A DNA stretch of 62,326 nt, counting the filler. It is 9 parts of 9 records of this genome, joined end to end, with 100 filler letters (N's around TTAATTAATTAA, not from the genome) between each part and the next. Parts side by side here need not be neighbours in the genome. Positions count along the whole stretch, not along the records: positions 1 to 11,999 come from SRR31156797_73335; positions 12,100 to 18,826 come from SRR31156797_73423; positions 18,927 to 26,798 come from SRR31156797_73609; 6 more parts are not named here. One strand, given 5' to 3'. Every line of letters begins with the position of its first letter. Position 1 is the stretch's first letter. The notes beneath the pieces were generated by a model. That model was not told where the DNA came from, searched no databases, and was given only the letters and a program-made list of their open reading frames with translations. Shown one piece after another: positions 9,191-20,493 of the stretch. The translations under genes and the position numbers were made by a program.

Positions 9191-11181
9191 CAGCAGCTTG
9201 AAGGGATAACACCGGAGCCCATGACTCCGGACGGGCCCGTCTTAAGCAAAGGACGTCTCCGCCATTCCCTTGTCCCCGTGACATGCCGATTACGTCCTTC
9301 ATTGGCATCGCCGGCCACCAGCGCCAACAGGTCGCGCACGGTGTGCCGCATCTGTTCGGCCTGCCCGGACATTTCTTCGGCCACGCTTGCCGATTCCTCC
9401 GCACCGGCCGCATTTTCCTGGACCACCCTATCCGCCTCCGCCAAAGCATGGTTGACCTGCCTGATGCCCTCTGACTGTTCATTTGAAGAAACGGCGATCT
9501 CTCCAACCAGCCGGCTGACCTTTTCAGCACTGCCGGCCACCCGGATGGATGCCTCCTGGGTTGCGGAAGCCAGGTCAGAGCCATTCTTCACTTTTTCCAC
9601 CGTCCCCTCAATGAGATTCGCCGAAGTTTTTGCCGCATCGGTAGCCCGTAGGGCCAATTTCCGCACTTCATCCGCAACAACCGCAAATCCCGCTCCGGCC
9701 TCACCGGCCCTGGCCGCTTCAACCGCGGCATTCAAGGCCAGCAGATTGGTCTGAAAAGCGATGTCATCAATGGTTTTGATAATCCTGGAGGTCTCATCAC
9801 CGGCCTTTGAAATCTCCGCCATGGACTTGATCAATTCCGCCATGGCGGTATTGGCATCGGTCACCATTTGCTTCGTCTCAGCCATAAACCGATCGGCTTC
9901 ATGGGCGTTATGAGCGTTTTGCCGGGTCATTGACGCCATCTCCTCCAGTGATGAAGAAATCTGTTCAATTCCAGCCGCCTGCTCGGCGGCGCCCTCGGCA
10001 AGAGATTGGCTGGAAGCGGAGAGCTGCCCGGATGCCGAGGCAACCTGCTCGGAGCCCTTATCCAGGACATCGGTACTCTTCCCGATGGGCCTTGTAATGC
10101 TTCGGGCCAGAAGAAACGCGGACCCACCGCCCAAAAGGAGAAGCAACAGGGCGCAAACCGATACCACAAACAACAATGATCGGAAGCCCTGACGCACCGA
10201 CCGGGCCGCCGCCGCAATCTCATCCTCATAGGCGCCGGCACAGATCACCCAATCCCAGGGGGCATAATAGGAACATTTTGCCACCTTCATGCGGGCTTCA
10301 CTTTCACCCTTGTTTTGCCATGGATACTGTTTTGAAATGGTGTCGCCCGGCATTGCGGCAACGGCGTTTTTGATTATGGATTGAATGAACGGCTCGCCTT
10401 CGGCGTCTCTTACATCCAGGATGTTTTCGCCGTCCCGCTTCCCCTTACGGGAAATAATATAGCGACCCTTGTCATCGCCCTTGCCCCCCAGAACAAAGAC
10501 ATAGCCGCTCTCCCCGATCCGTTTGGACAGGATCATCCGCCTGATGTCTTCTTCGATCTGCGCTTTCACCATCCGGTCAAATTCAGTCTTGTAGGAAGAT
10601 GCCGAAATGATCCATCCCCAGGGTTCAAAGGTTTCCTGGGCCAGACATTTGGTCCTCTCATGGGACTCTCCGGGATTTTTCCACTCATATTCAACGTAGC
10701 CCGCACCGCCCATGGCAAGCTGCTTTCGAACAAAATCATACTTTCGCACATCTTTTCCGAGCATGGCCTTGTTGGGATGAACCAGCAGGGTTCCATCGGG
10801 ACTCAGCACATAAATGTAACCCGTTTCTCCGATTTTTTGGGATTGCAGATAGGAAGAGGTCTTTTCCTTGGCCTCGGCTTCGGTCATGCGGCCCGATTGA
10901 TATTGATCATAAAAATACCGGGCCATCTGTTCGCCGTTTTCGGCAATGCTCGCGCAGGTCGATATGATGGCGGCCCTGGATGCCTGGGCGATGTTCTCCC
11001 CAATGGTTTTGGTCATGTCCTCCAACTGCGCCATGGTCGCCTGTTTCATTTTATCATCCACCCATCGACCCAAGGCATTGCTCTTCAGATAAACTACCGT
11101 AAGGATGACGAGGGTCGGTAAAATGACGCACACAAGGGCAAGGGCAACGATTTTCGTTTTCAGATTCAATTTATTCAGCAT
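9190..11181 (-). CDS. Methyl-accepting chemotaxis protein with two Cache domains
   Basis: Two TM helices, repeated Cache motifs ([16 protein letters not shown] / [16 protein letters not shown]), [42 protein letters not shown] before MLNKL. Confidence 0.95.
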   Translation of the reverse strand: MLNKLNLKTKIVALALVCVILPTLVILTVVYLKSNALGRWVDDKMKQATMAQLEDMTKTIGENIAQASRAAIISTCASIAENGEQMARYFYDQYQSGRMTEAEAKEKTSSYLQSQKIGETGYIYVLSPDGTLLVHPNKAMLGKDVRKYDFVRKQLAMGGAGYVEYEWKNPGESHERTKCLAQETFEPWGWIISASSYKTEFDRMVKAQIEEDIRRMILSKRIGESGYVFVLGGKGDDKGRYIISRKGKRDGENILDVRDAEGEPFIQSIIKNAVAAMPGDTISKQYPWQNKGESEARMKVAKCSYYAPWDWVICAGAYEDEIAAAARSVRQGFRSLLFVVSVCALLLLLLGGGSAFLLARSITRPIGKSTDVLDKGSEQVASASGQLSASSQSLAEGAAEQAAGIEQISSSLEEMASMTRQNAHNAHEADRFMAETKQMVTDANTAMAELIKSMAEISKAGDETSRIIKTIDDIAFQTNLLALNAAVEAARAGEAGAGFAVVADEVRKLALRATDAAKTSANLIEGTVEKVKNGSDLASATQEASIRVAGSAEKVSRLVGEIAVSSNEQSEGIRQVNHALAEADRVVQENAAGAEESASVAEEMSGQAEQMRHTVRDLLALVAGDANEGRNRHVTGTREWRRRPLLKTGPSGVMGSGVIPSSC

Positions 11182-11470
11182 GGAAATTCCTCCTTTCAGG
11201 TTCTTTGATACGGCATAACATGCCGCCACATTGTTGAAAAAAGAGATGTGGGGTTTGTTTCTCAAATACACATAAAAATTGTTAAAGCGACAATATGTTT
11301 TAGACTTCTAATTCTTTTGAATAGTTTTGTCAATCATATTTTATTAGATTTATAAAACATATTGCCGCTCCAGTTTATTTCATTGACCGGAAAGGAGCAA
11401 TTCACCCATAATTAATTAAAAGGATGATAAACGTCCTCATTTTGGCGAAATGCAACGACATTAATGGCGA

Positions 11471-11999
11471 TTATATTCGCACCTCGCATTTTCGAACCCA
11501 TTTTCCGGCGATAATGCGAAATCGGTGCAGTTCTTCTTCCGGGTAAAGGCCTTTTCCATTTTCATCAAAAAAATCCGGCTGAAGAATTTCTCCCGGCACA
11601 AAGGGTTGAAGTATATACAGCCGGGCGTTTTCAATGAGACGTCCGATTTTTTCAACCACTTTTCCGGTTACCATGGGCTTTGCGCAGGTGGTTCTGAATT
11701 CATGGGGTTTTCCGGATGCCATGATCAACGAAATGCTTTCCAGAAGCTGGCGAAAATCAAATCCTTTTTGGATATAAACCGGATAGTTTTCGGGAAGGGT
11801 CTTGATGTCCATGGCGATATAATCCACCAGATTTTTGCCGATCAGGGTCGCCAGCACCTTCGGCCGGCTTCCGTTGGTATCCAGCTTGATGGGATAACCC
11901 ATTTGTTTAATCCGGCAACAGAACCGAATCAGATCGCCGTGAAGGGTCGGCTCTCCGCCGGATATGACCACGCCGCTCAAAAGACCTTTTCTCCGTTGG
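11471..11999 (-). CDS. nrdG: Anaerobic ribonucleotide reductase activating radical SAM protein; 5' partial
   Basis: GVVISGGEPTL, KLDTNGSRP, VDYIAMDIK, HEFRTT, YILQPF. Confidence 0.85.
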
Positions 12000-12099
12000 N
12001 NNNNNNNNNNNNNNNNNNNNNNNNNNNNNNNNNNNNNNNNNNNTTAATTAATTAANNNNNNNNNNNNNNNNNNNNNNNNNNNNNNNNNNNNNNNNNNNN
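12000..12099. other. Artificial contig spacer (N44-TTAATTAATTAA-N44)
   Basis: The same spacer occurs at 18827-18926, 26799-26898, 32320-32419, 37628-37727, 43250-43349, 49195-49294 and 56228-56327. Confidence 0.99.
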
Positions 12100-12412
12100 T
12101 GCCCGAGGTCAGGGCAATGGCGAACCAGGTGAAAAAGGACATCTCCGGTTCGGCGTCCGGGCCTCCCAGCCGGATATTGCCGTAGGCGCTCAGGCCCGCC
12201 CACATTACGAAAAGGAACAGGGCGCACACGCCCAGGGCATAAAACCAGCTGAAATACTTGATGCAGAAGGTGAATGCGCCATTGGCCGCCACCCCGAGCT
12301 GGTCCGGAAAAAATGCTCCGTAGAGAACCACCGCGGCCAGCAATATGGCCGGCGGATAAAAAACCTGTTTGTTTACCAGGCCGGTCAATCCTCTTGATCT
12401 CTTCTGTCTCAT
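12100..12412 (-). CDS. BCCT-family transporter; 3' partial
   Basis: YFSWFY, YGNIRLGGPDAEPEMSFFTWF. Confidence 0.9.
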
Positions 12413-12478
12413 GTCGTCTTCCCTTTGTTTGTTGGTGATCTTGCTTACATCCGTGTTACGCCTTCCCCGGTGTGTCCA

Positions 12479-13903
12479 TCAGGCCTCGCTCTTACGCCGG
12501 GCCACATACTGGTCAAGGGCTTCCGCGACCTGCGGATCCATCTCCGGCTTTTCATAGGCCCCCAGGCGCTGTTCCAGTTTTTCCGTGGCCGCCTCAGCAA
12601 TGGTTTTGCCGCCGTCCTTGTTCCAGCGGTTATTGTCCATTTTGCTGAACAGGTCGGTCTGGTAGAAGGCGTTCCGGCATTTGGCAAAGGTGGTGGGATG
12701 GGTCAGGTAGTTGCCGCCGATGCCCACGGATTTGATCACCTCCACGTCGATGCTGTCCGGGCTGATTTCAATGGGGGTAAGCATCTGGCGCACCATGCCG
12801 CACAGCTCCTCGTCAATGAGCCATTTTTCCATGTTGGTGCCGATATAGGTGCCCACCATGCCGCAGGCGTGGAGAATGAAATTGGCGCCGTTTCTCACGG
12901 AGGTGCTCAGGGTCAGGGCGCCTTCGGCCATGGCCTGGGCGTCGGGGACATGGGCATCGGTGAGGCCGCCGCCGGTGCGGCAGGGGACATTGTAGCGCCG
13001 TGCCAGCTGGGTGGTGGCGGAGTTGATGATATAGGTTTCCGGGGCGCCGATGGTGGCAGCCCCGGTTTGCATGTTCATGGGGCAGGAGGTGGTGCCGTAG
13101 ATCACCGGTGTGCCGGGGCCCGCCAGCTGGGCCAGGGTGATGCCCGCCAGGATCTCGGCGTTCATCAGGGCGATGAGCCCGGGCAGTCCCACCGGACCCG
13201 AGGTGCCGGCCATGATCATGTTGATGATGGCCATGGGCTGGCGGTGTTTCGCATAGGCCAGGATGGAGCCCGCCATCTCTTCCGCAAACTGGAGGGGGGA
13301 GAGGACGTTGATCAGGCCCACCATCACCGGCATGTCAATCAGTTTCTCCTTGCCGCCGAAGAGGATGCCGCACATCTCGATGGAATCCTTGGCCGCTTCC
13401 ACCGTATCGGTGCTGCCCATGAAGGGTTTGTCGCTGAGGGTCATGTTGGAATGGAGCATGTCAAGATAGGCGGTGCCGGTGGCCACGTCCGAGGGTTCCA
13501 CATTCTTGAAACCGTTCATGTCGATATGTTTGGAGGTGTGGACCAGCTTGCAGATGTTATCGTAGTCCTCCATGGTGCCCGGCCGCTGCTGACCATCCCG
13601 GGTCATCATGAAAGGGGAACCGTAGGTGGGCAGGAAAATGAAATCGTCTTCGCCGACATAGACGCTCTTTTCCGGGTCCCTTGCCGTGATCTTGAATCGG
13701 GACGGGGCGGTTTCCAGTGCCTTCAGCACTTGAGCCTCCGTGAAAAAGACGGTCTTTCCATCGATCTTGAAACCGTTCTGTTTGAAAAGTTCAAGGGCCC
13801 CTGCTTCATTAAACGCAACACCGGTGTTTTCGAGAATATCCATGGAGGCATGGTGGATGTGGTCCAACTCTTCACTGGTAAGGGTTTGCATTCGATCATA
13901 CAT
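12479..13903 (-). CDS. MttB-superfamily (non-pyrrolysine) quaternary amine:corrinoid methyltransferase, copy 2
   Basis: IHHASMDILENTGV, NAEILAG, PGTPVIYG, RTGGGLTD..PDAQA, ILHACG, IDEELCG, GIGGNYL. Confidence 0.93.
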   Translation of the reverse strand: MYDRMQTLTSEELDHIHHASMDILENTGVAFNEAGALELFKQNGFKIDGKTVFFTEAQVLKALETAPSRFKITARDPEKSVYVGEDDFIFLPTYGSPFMMTRDGQQRPGTMEDYDNICKLVHTSKHIDMNGFKNVEPSDVATGTAYLDMLHSNMTLSDKPFMGSTDTVEAAKDSIEMCGILFGGKEKLIDMPVMVGLINVLSPLQFAEEMAGSILAYAKHRQPMAIINMIMAGTSGPVGLPGLIALMNAEILAGITLAQLAGPGTPVIYGTTSCPMNMQTGAATIGAPETYIINSATTQLARRYNVPCRTGGGLTDAHVPDAQAMAEGALTLSTSVRNGANFILHACGMVGTYIGTNMEKWLIDEELCGMVRQMLTPIEISPDSIDVEVIKSVGIGGNYLTHPTTFAKCRNAFYQTDLFSKMDNNRWNKDGGKTIAEAATEKLEQRLGAYEKPEMDPQVAEALDQYVARRKSEA

Positions 13904-13986
13904 GGTGATTATCCTTTACTTATCTTCATTGTGATTCAATCTGCCCGGGTTCCCCCAGGGGCGGTCATTAACTGTCGATAGGGTAG

Positions 13987-14002
13987 TGCAATCGGTATGC
14001 CA
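13987..14002 (-). promoter_or_regulatory. sigma54 (-24/-12) promoter
   Basis: TGGCAT-ACCGA-TTGCA upstream of mttB copy 2. Confidence 0.85.
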
Positions 14003-14163
14003 TTTGCCGGCTTCGGGGTGATTTTACCCTGAAAATCCCCATTGGCAGGCTTCTTGGGCCATGGGGCCGGAATAAAAAAAATAAAAAACAGGTTTAAAAA
14101 GAACAAAAAATATAAAAAAACTAAAAATTATCAAAATGCAAAAAACTCAGAAAATTGATCGGG

Positions 14164-15765
14164 CTATTCCGGCCGGGGATTCACCCGGTCATATTCCTTT
14201 AAATTGCCCATGGCCTTGATATACCCGACGACCATCAGGATCTGGAGTACCAGAATGGGCAGGCCGCAGACAATGACGGAGGTCTGGAGGGCGCTGGCCC
14301 CGCCGCTGACCAGAAGCACCCAGGAGAAGCATCCCATGACCACCCCCCAGAAGATTTTCATTGCCGCCGGCGGCTCCTTGTCCTCCGGGGAGGTGCCGAA
14401 ATCCCGGGTGGTCATGGCGGCAATGGTGGAGGTCATTGAATCGGCCAGGGTGATGAAGGAGATGGCCACGGCCAGGATGCCCAGGACCATGGTCAGTCCC
14501 GGCAGGGGGAAATTCCGGAGCAGGGCGAACAGGGAGATCTCCTTGCCGTGCTCCGCAATGGCCTGGGCGATGCCGGCCCCGGTGAAATGATCCAGATAGA
14601 TGCTGGTGCTGCCGAAAATGCCGAACCAGACCATGCCGAAAACAGCGGGGCCGATGAGGTTCACCAGAACAAACTGGCGGATGGTCCGGCCGTATCCCAG
14701 GCGCACCAGGAAGAGTCCGACCACGGGGGCAAAGGCGATCCACCAGGCCCAGTAGAAATTGCTCCACTGGCCGGGCCAGCCGCTTTTGCCCATGGGGTCA
14801 AGATAGAAGGACATGGGAACCAGGTGGCCCAGGAAGTCTCCCACTGCGGTCACCGTGCTTTCGATCACGTGGATGGTGGGGCCGCAAAACAGGACAAAGG
14901 CCATGAGCAGGAAGTACAGCCGGATGTTGTTTTCACTCAATATCCGGATGCCCTTTTGAAGGCCGGTGTAACTGGAGACGGTGTAGCACAGGGTCAGGGC
15001 GACGATGATGAGCAGCCAGACAATCTGGTTGGGCTCGATGCCCCAGAGGAATTTCAGGCCCCCGCCGATCTGCATGGTCCCGAATCCCAGGGAGGTGCCC
15101 ACGCCGCCGACAATGGCGAAAATGGACAGGCCGTCCACCAGGTATCCCCAGTTGCCCTTGATCCGGTCGCCGATGAGGGGGTAGAGGCTGGAGCTGACCT
15201 TGAAGGGCTGGCCGGAATTGTAAAAGGCAAACCCGATGCAAAGGGCGGCGCTGACATAGATGCCGTAGGTGTGAAAGGTCCAGTGAAAAAAGGCATACCG
15301 CATGGCATGCTCTCCGGCGGCCAGGGAGCCGGGCTCATACCCCAGGAACGGCGGCGGGTTGGTGTAATGGGCCATGGGTTCGGCCACCCCGAAGAACACA
15401 ATGCCGATGGCCATGCCGGCGCAGATGGAGATGGCCCACCAGTTGAACAGGGATATTTCGGGCCGGGCGTCCGGCCCGCCCAGTTTGATGCTGCCGTACC
15501 GGCTGAACCCCGCCCAAAGGCAAAATCCCAGCAAAAAGGCGGAGCCCAGGGTGTAAAACCAGCCGAAATAGTTCAGGGTGAAGGAAAGGGCCGCGGACGC
15601 CCCTTTCCCAAAGGCTTCAGGGCTGATGATCCCGGTGATCACCGCAATGAGCAGAATCAGGGCCGGCGGGACGAAGATCTTTTTGTTGATGGCGGCGGCC
15701 AGGCCTTTTTTTTCGTTGTCTTTTCTTTCCCTCCTGTCATGTTGGATCGTGACGCTTGCTTCCAT
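14164..15765 (-). CDS. BCCT-family (betaine/carnitine/choline) transporter
   Basis: IKLGGPDARPE, GIVFFGVAEP, FFHW, KGIRILS, FYWAWWIAFAP, GRTIRQF. Confidence 0.95.
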   Translation of the reverse strand: MEASVTIQHDRRERKDNEKKGLAAAINKKIFVPPALILLIAVITGIISPEAFGKGASAALSFTLNYFGWFYTLGSAFLLGFCLWAGFSRYGSIKLGGPDARPEISLFNWWAISICAGMAIGIVFFGVAEPMAHYTNPPPFLGYEPGSLAAGEHAMRYAFFHWTFHTYGIYVSAALCIGFAFYNSGQPFKVSSSLYPLIGDRIKGNWGYLVDGLSIFAIVGGVGTSLGFGTMQIGGGLKFLWGIEPNQIVWLLIIVALTLCYTVSSYTGLQKGIRILSENNIRLYFLLMAFVLFCGPTIHVIESTVTAVGDFLGHLVPMSFYLDPMGKSGWPGQWSNFYWAWWIAFAPVVGLFLVRLGYGRTIRQFVLVNLIGPAVFGMVWFGIFGSTSIYLDHFTGAGIAQAIAEHGKEISLFALLRNFPLPGLTMVLGILAVAISFITLADSMTSTIAAMTTRDFGTSPEDKEPPAAMKIFWGVVMGCFSWVLLVSGGASALQTSVIVCGLPILVLQILMVVGYIKAMGNLKEYDRVNPRPE

Positions 15766-15868
15766 CTGTTTCTCCCTTGGGTCTGATCAGTTGAGCCGTC
15801 CTGTTTTTGACTTCCCCGGCCGGGTGGGCATTACATCCATGGCGCCTCCGGGCGGTCGGACAGGCGTT

Positions 15869-17317
15869 CTATTCCTTGGTGCCGCCGGTCGCCAGGAGCT
15901 CGTCCTTGCGGCGGCAGACATAGTCGAAAAGCGCGTTTTCAATATCCGGGTCGATCTCCGGTTTTTCATAGGATGCCAGCCGCTGGACCAGCCGGTCGTC
16001 CGCCACCTGGTCAACGGTTTTGCCGCCGTTGGTTTTCCATTTGGCCTGGTTGCCCTTATTGAAAATATCGGCCTGGAAAAAAGCCGTGCGGCAGTGTTTC
16101 AGGGTGGCCGGGTCCATGAGGTAATTACCGCCGATGCCCATGTCGTGAATGGCCTGGAGATCGATGGCCTCCCCGCTGAAATCCATGGGTTTCATCATCT
16201 CCCGGACCATGCCGCAGAGTTCCTCGTCAATCAGCCATTTTTCCAGGCTGTTGCCGATATAGGAGCCCATGGTACCGCAGGCGTGGAGTATAAAATGGGC
16301 GCCGTTGCGCACGGAGGTCAAAAGGGACAGGGCCCCCTCGGCCAGGGCCTGGGCATCCGGGACAAGGGAATCGGTCAGGGACCCCCCGGTCCGGCAGGGC
16401 AGTCCGTAATACCGGGCCAGCTGGGTGGTGGCGGAATTGATGATATGGGTCTCGGGGGCGCCGATGCTGGCCCCGCCGGTCTGCATATTGGTGGGGCAGG
16501 AGGAGGTGCCGTAGATCACCGGGGTGCCCGGTCCGGCCAGCTGGCTGAGCACCAGGCCCGCCAGGATCTCCGCATTCATCAATGCCAGAAGCCCCGGCAG
16601 CTGGATGGGACCGGAGGTGCCTGCCATGATCATGTTCACGATGATCAGCGGTTGCCGGTACCGGGCGAATTCAAGGATGGAACCGGCCATCTCCTCGGTA
16701 TACCGGAGGGGCGAAAAGGGGTTGATCAACCCGGCCATCACCGGCATCTCCTTGAGTTTCTCCTTTCCCCCGAAGACAAGCCCGGCCATTTCAACGCTGT
16801 CCCGTGCGGCCTCCCGGGTGTCGGTGCTGCCCATGAAGGGTTTGTCGCAAAGTACGATATTGGAAAAGAGCATGTACAGGTAAGCGGTGATGGGAGCGAT
16901 GTCGCTGGGCGCCACATGCTTGAACCCGTTCATGTCAATGTGTCTGGACGTCTGGACCAGTTTGCAGATTTTATCATAATCCTCCATGGCGCCCAGCCGC
17001 TGTTCCCCGCTTGGGTCACAAAGATAGGGGGCGCCGTAGGTGGGGGCGAATATCCAGTCATCCCCGCCGATGAAAACGCTTTTTTCCGGGTCCCTGGCAA
17101 AAAGTTTAAACCGGGACGGGGTGGTCCTCAGTGCGGCAGCGACCTGTTCTTCAGTGATAAAAACGGTGCCGTCGTCCGTTTTGAAGCCGTTCCGGGTGAA
17201 CAGGTCAATGGCGTCGGAGTCGTTAAAGGCGACCCCGGTCCGGTTCAGGATTTGAATGGATGCCTTGTGAATCCGTATCATTTCATCATGGGTCAAGGTC
17301 TGCATTCTGTCATACAT
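15869..17317 (-). CDS. MttB-superfamily (non-pyrrolysine) methyltransferase, copy 1
   Basis: Close paralog of 12479-13903; true start MYDRMQTL at 17317, downstream of the sigma54 promoter. Confidence 0.93.
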   Translation of the reverse strand: MYDRMQTLTHDEMIRIHKASIQILNRTGVAFNDSDAIDLFTRNGFKTDDGTVFITEEQVAAALRTTPSRFKLFARDPEKSVFIGGDDWIFAPTYGAPYLCDPSGEQRLGAMEDYDKICKLVQTSRHIDMNGFKHVAPSDIAPITAYLYMLFSNIVLCDKPFMGSTDTREAARDSVEMAGLVFGGKEKLKEMPVMAGLINPFSPLRYTEEMAGSILEFARYRQPLIIVNMIMAGTSGPIQLPGLLALMNAEILAGLVLSQLAGPGTPVIYGTSSCPTNMQTGGASIGAPETHIINSATTQLARYYGLPCRTGGSLTDSLVPDAQALAEGALSLLTSVRNGAHFILHACGTMGSYIGNSLEKWLIDEELCGMVREMMKPMDFSGEAIDLQAIHDMGIGGNYLMDPATLKHCRTAFFQADIFNKGNQAKWKTNGGKTVDQVADDRLVQRLASYEKPEIDPDIENALFDYVCRRKDELLATGGTKE

Positions 17318-17367
17318 AAAGTGAACTCCTCTGGCGTTGATTTTGCAAAATACGGAATATTTATAAG

Positions 17368-17383
17368 TGCAACGGGTGTGCCA
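17368..17383 (-). promoter_or_regulatory. sigma54 (-24/-12) promoter
   Basis: TGGCAC-ACCCG-TTGCA. Confidence 0.88.
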
Positions 17384-17568
17384 GCCTGGGGAGTGCACCC
17401 CATATCAATGGAAAGGCCCGGCGGACCGGGATCCGGCCAGGATAACGGAAGCAGAGAAAATAAAAAATATTTTATTTTTTTTACGGGATAGTTTTATAAA
17501 TTTTATGATTTTTATCTTTTGGGCACCTTGCCCCCAAGGCCATTCCCAGCCGCCCTTCGGGAAAACGC

Positions 17569-18826
17569 CTATTCCATGGAGATCATGGGTTTGAACGCTT
17601 TGGCATCGATCCGGTACTTTTTAAGCTTGTAATGGAGGAGCTGGGGGGACATCTTCAGGCGTCTGGCTGCCTGGGCCGCATTGCCCCGGGAGCTTTTCAG
17701 GGCTTGCCTGATCACCGTGATTTCATGGGATTCCCGGCTCCCGCTCAGGCTGTCGTTCAGGCCTTCGGCCGGTGCCGGGGCTGGGGGCGATGTCGGGGGG
17801 ACGGGGGCGGACGGGGTGTCCATGGCGGTTTCGGCCGGATGGTCCGTGAGCCGCCTGGCCGGGAAAGAAGCCGGGGCACCGGTCGGCAGCTCGCCGATAT
17901 GGACGGCCAGGTGTTCGGTCCGGATCACCGTGACGTCTTTGACCAGGTTCATTGCCCCTTCGATGATATGCTCCAGTTCCCGGACATTGCCCGGCCAGTC
18001 ATAGGAACTGAACAGGGCCATGACATCGGGTGAGATGGCCGTCACCTTTTTGTTCAGGCGCCGGTTGTATTTTTCAAGAAAGTGCCGGATCAGAATGCCC
18101 AGGTCCCCTTTGCGCTCTTTCAGGGAGGGAATCCGGATGAAGACCACGGCCAGGCGATAGAGCAGATCCGCCCGGAAGGTTCCCCGTCCGATGGCCTGGT
18201 GGGGGTCTTCATTGACCGAGCTGATGATTTTCAGGTCCAGGGAGATCTCCTTGAGGGAGCCGATCCGCCGGACCTTGCGTTCCTGCAACGTCCGGAGCAG
18301 CTTTGCCTGGAGGCCCACGGACATGGAGTTGATTTCATCCAGGAACAGGGTGCCGCCGCTGGCCTTTTCAAACAGCCCGGCTTTTTCCATGGCACCGGTA
18401 AACGCCCCCTTTGAGGTGCCGAACAGGATGCCTTCCAGCAGATTTTCAGGAATCGCGGCGCAATTGATGGCCACATAGTTTTGATTCCGCCGGCTGCTGT
18501 GATTGTGAATGGACTGCGCCAGGAGCTCCTTGCCCGTGCCGGTACTGCCGGACAGCATGACCGGGGAAGGGGAGTCGGAGGCCAGGCGGGCGGCTTCAAT
18601 GGCCTTCAGGAATTCCGGTTCCGTGCCAATGATATCATCAAAGGTGAAGCGGGTGCCGTTGGTCAACTGCTTTTTGGGGGCAGGCCCGGTCACGGCCACG
18701 GTGCCGGTTGCACCGGTATTACGCGTATCTTCCGGGGGTAAAAAGGATTCCAGGCTTTGCTCAGTGATATTATAGGCCCGAATAAAACAGATGGTGCCGA
18801 TTAGTTTGCCCGAGGCATGGAGGGGG
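17569..18826 (-). CDS. sigma54-dependent activator (RocR-like: PAS-AAA-Fis); 5' partial
   Basis: GSTGTGKE, GAFTGA, LFLDEI, WPGNVREL, C-terminal HTH; reading frame open to the contig edge. Confidence 0.93.
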
Positions 18827-18926
18827 NNNNNNNNNNNNNNNNNNNNNNNNNNNNNNNNNNNNNNNNNNNNTTAATTAATTAANNNNNNNNNNNNNNNNNN
18901 NNNNNNNNNNNNNNNNNNNNNNNNNN

Positions 18927-19454
18927 GACTTTGGGTTGATTACGTACTTTAAAAGTCTGGTAACTTTGTAACTTACTTCGTAATTGTTGTATTTTAGCGG
19001 TACGTTCTTTGTCATTTTTTGAGTTTTTTATACTGCCCAGCTGCTGGGATACGCTGTCGATCTGGGTGCCTATTGATGATTCCAGCCCGCTAAAATGTGA
19101 CTTACCCAATTCTTGCTGGACTAGTTCCAGTTCCTCAATTTTGCTTTCAAGCTGTGAATGGGCAGCTGCTTGAGTTTGGCCTAGCTTTTTTGATTTAGTT
19201 CTACTTTCCTGTTCAAGCGATGTAAGCAGTTGCTGGGTTTCGGTGATGTGTCTTCCCAGTGTTGCTTTGAGCTGTTTAAACTGCTGATGATTATCCCTAT
19301 ATTGAAAAAATTCAGCAACCGAAGGGTTTACCTGTTGAGCTTCATGAGGAGCAGCATTTAGAAAGTTGAAAGACTGCAGGAAAGATAGCGTGATAAAAGC
19401 TGTGAAAAAAAAGTAAATCGGTGATACTTGCTTCTTATGAAAAGTAGTACGCAT
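18927..19454 (-). CDS. Exported coiled-coil hypothetical protein; 3' partial
   Basis: Hydrophobic N-terminal segment followed by a Q/K/E-rich helical region. Confidence 0.55.
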
Positions 19455-20446
19455 TTCTGCTGTCCAGGGTGTCATATAAAGTATAGGAGAAGGAAATCTG
19501 ATTAAAAACGTTTTTTAACAGGTGACAGCTAGCACAACATTAACACTTTGTAAACATTGAATTTCTTTAACTTTTCGGACTGCAATGGGGAAAGAAGCGG
19601 GGAAGGCACAACTTGCATTGTCATTGCAATGACTCTAGGACAATTAATGCAAGACTATGAATCGATCATAATTTTCTAACGATTTAATATGGACAATGCT
19701 TGCGTAAGGGAAGGTGAAGATCATGTACCAGCTTCTGGCAAAATGCACAATCCGTTAGTAAGAAAGCGTATTCATATAAATTGTATTAGTTCCTGTAATC
19801 TGTTTCGGCATTCTCTACCTTGTGGATTATCCACCTATATTTCTTCATTGGCATCTAAACAACAGGTCGCCATATTCCAAACCAAAGTCAAAATAAAGTT
19901 CACATCACCTTTACACAGACCACCCTTCGGGCTGCATAGAACACTAATTCAAAAATTTCTTAGAATTTTACCCCTATGTGAGGGTAGCAAAACACAGTTA
20001 TGATGAGTATAAAACACTGTCTTAGCGACTCTGCTTTTCTATAATAAATATCGGGCACCCAAGACCCTGTTCTCTACATCTGACCCAACCTAAACTAATC
20101 AACTTTTCCCTCAATTTTGACGTTTGGCTTTGTCTCCTTGATTGAAACATAGTTGCGAATGGTTTCCTTAGTCGCTTCCGAATCTTCTATCCCAGGGCGT
20201 GACCGGACTCCATAAACTTTTTAAATTCCGATGTAGCTTTAAACGTTTTATTTTTTTATGAAAAACCGATCATGGGTGGCCCTTTTAGGGCGGTCAATGA
20301 CAGCACACAGCAACTGGCCATCGCTTTAGGGCTGGGGGAAGAAATAGCAGATGAGGAGCGAAAAAGGCGTATACGGCTCCAAGATGTTGAGCATTTCGTA
20401 AAGAAAACAACGATTCCGCTTGGTACGAGAAGGATTGAAAGGGAAA

Positions 20447-20482
20447 CTGTGGCTATCCAACCCTAAAAGGGTGGTAGCCACA
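20447..20482. terminator. Hairpin downstream of the SLC13 gene
   Basis: TGTGGCTA..ACCCT-AAA-AGGGT..TAGCCACA. Confidence 0.5.
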
Positions 20483-20493
20483 AATAAGGAATC

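Noticed and set aside
12479-17317. Pyrrolysine in the MttB homologues
   Set aside because: No in-frame TAG; Leu occupies the equivalent position.
12425-17491. Long plus-strand ORFs (518, 412 and 637 aa)
   Set aside because: Antisense shadows of GC-rich mttB and BCCT genes, with no recognisable motifs.
19612-19653. Nested palindrome CTTGCATT-GTCATTGCAATGAC-...-AATGCAAG
   Set aside because: Short, in AT-rich DNA, with no supporting context; could be chance.
19689-20466. Small ORFs (104 and 64 aa) in the AT-rich intergenic region
   Set aside because: No recognisable motifs or clear RBS, so they cannot be supported as genes.
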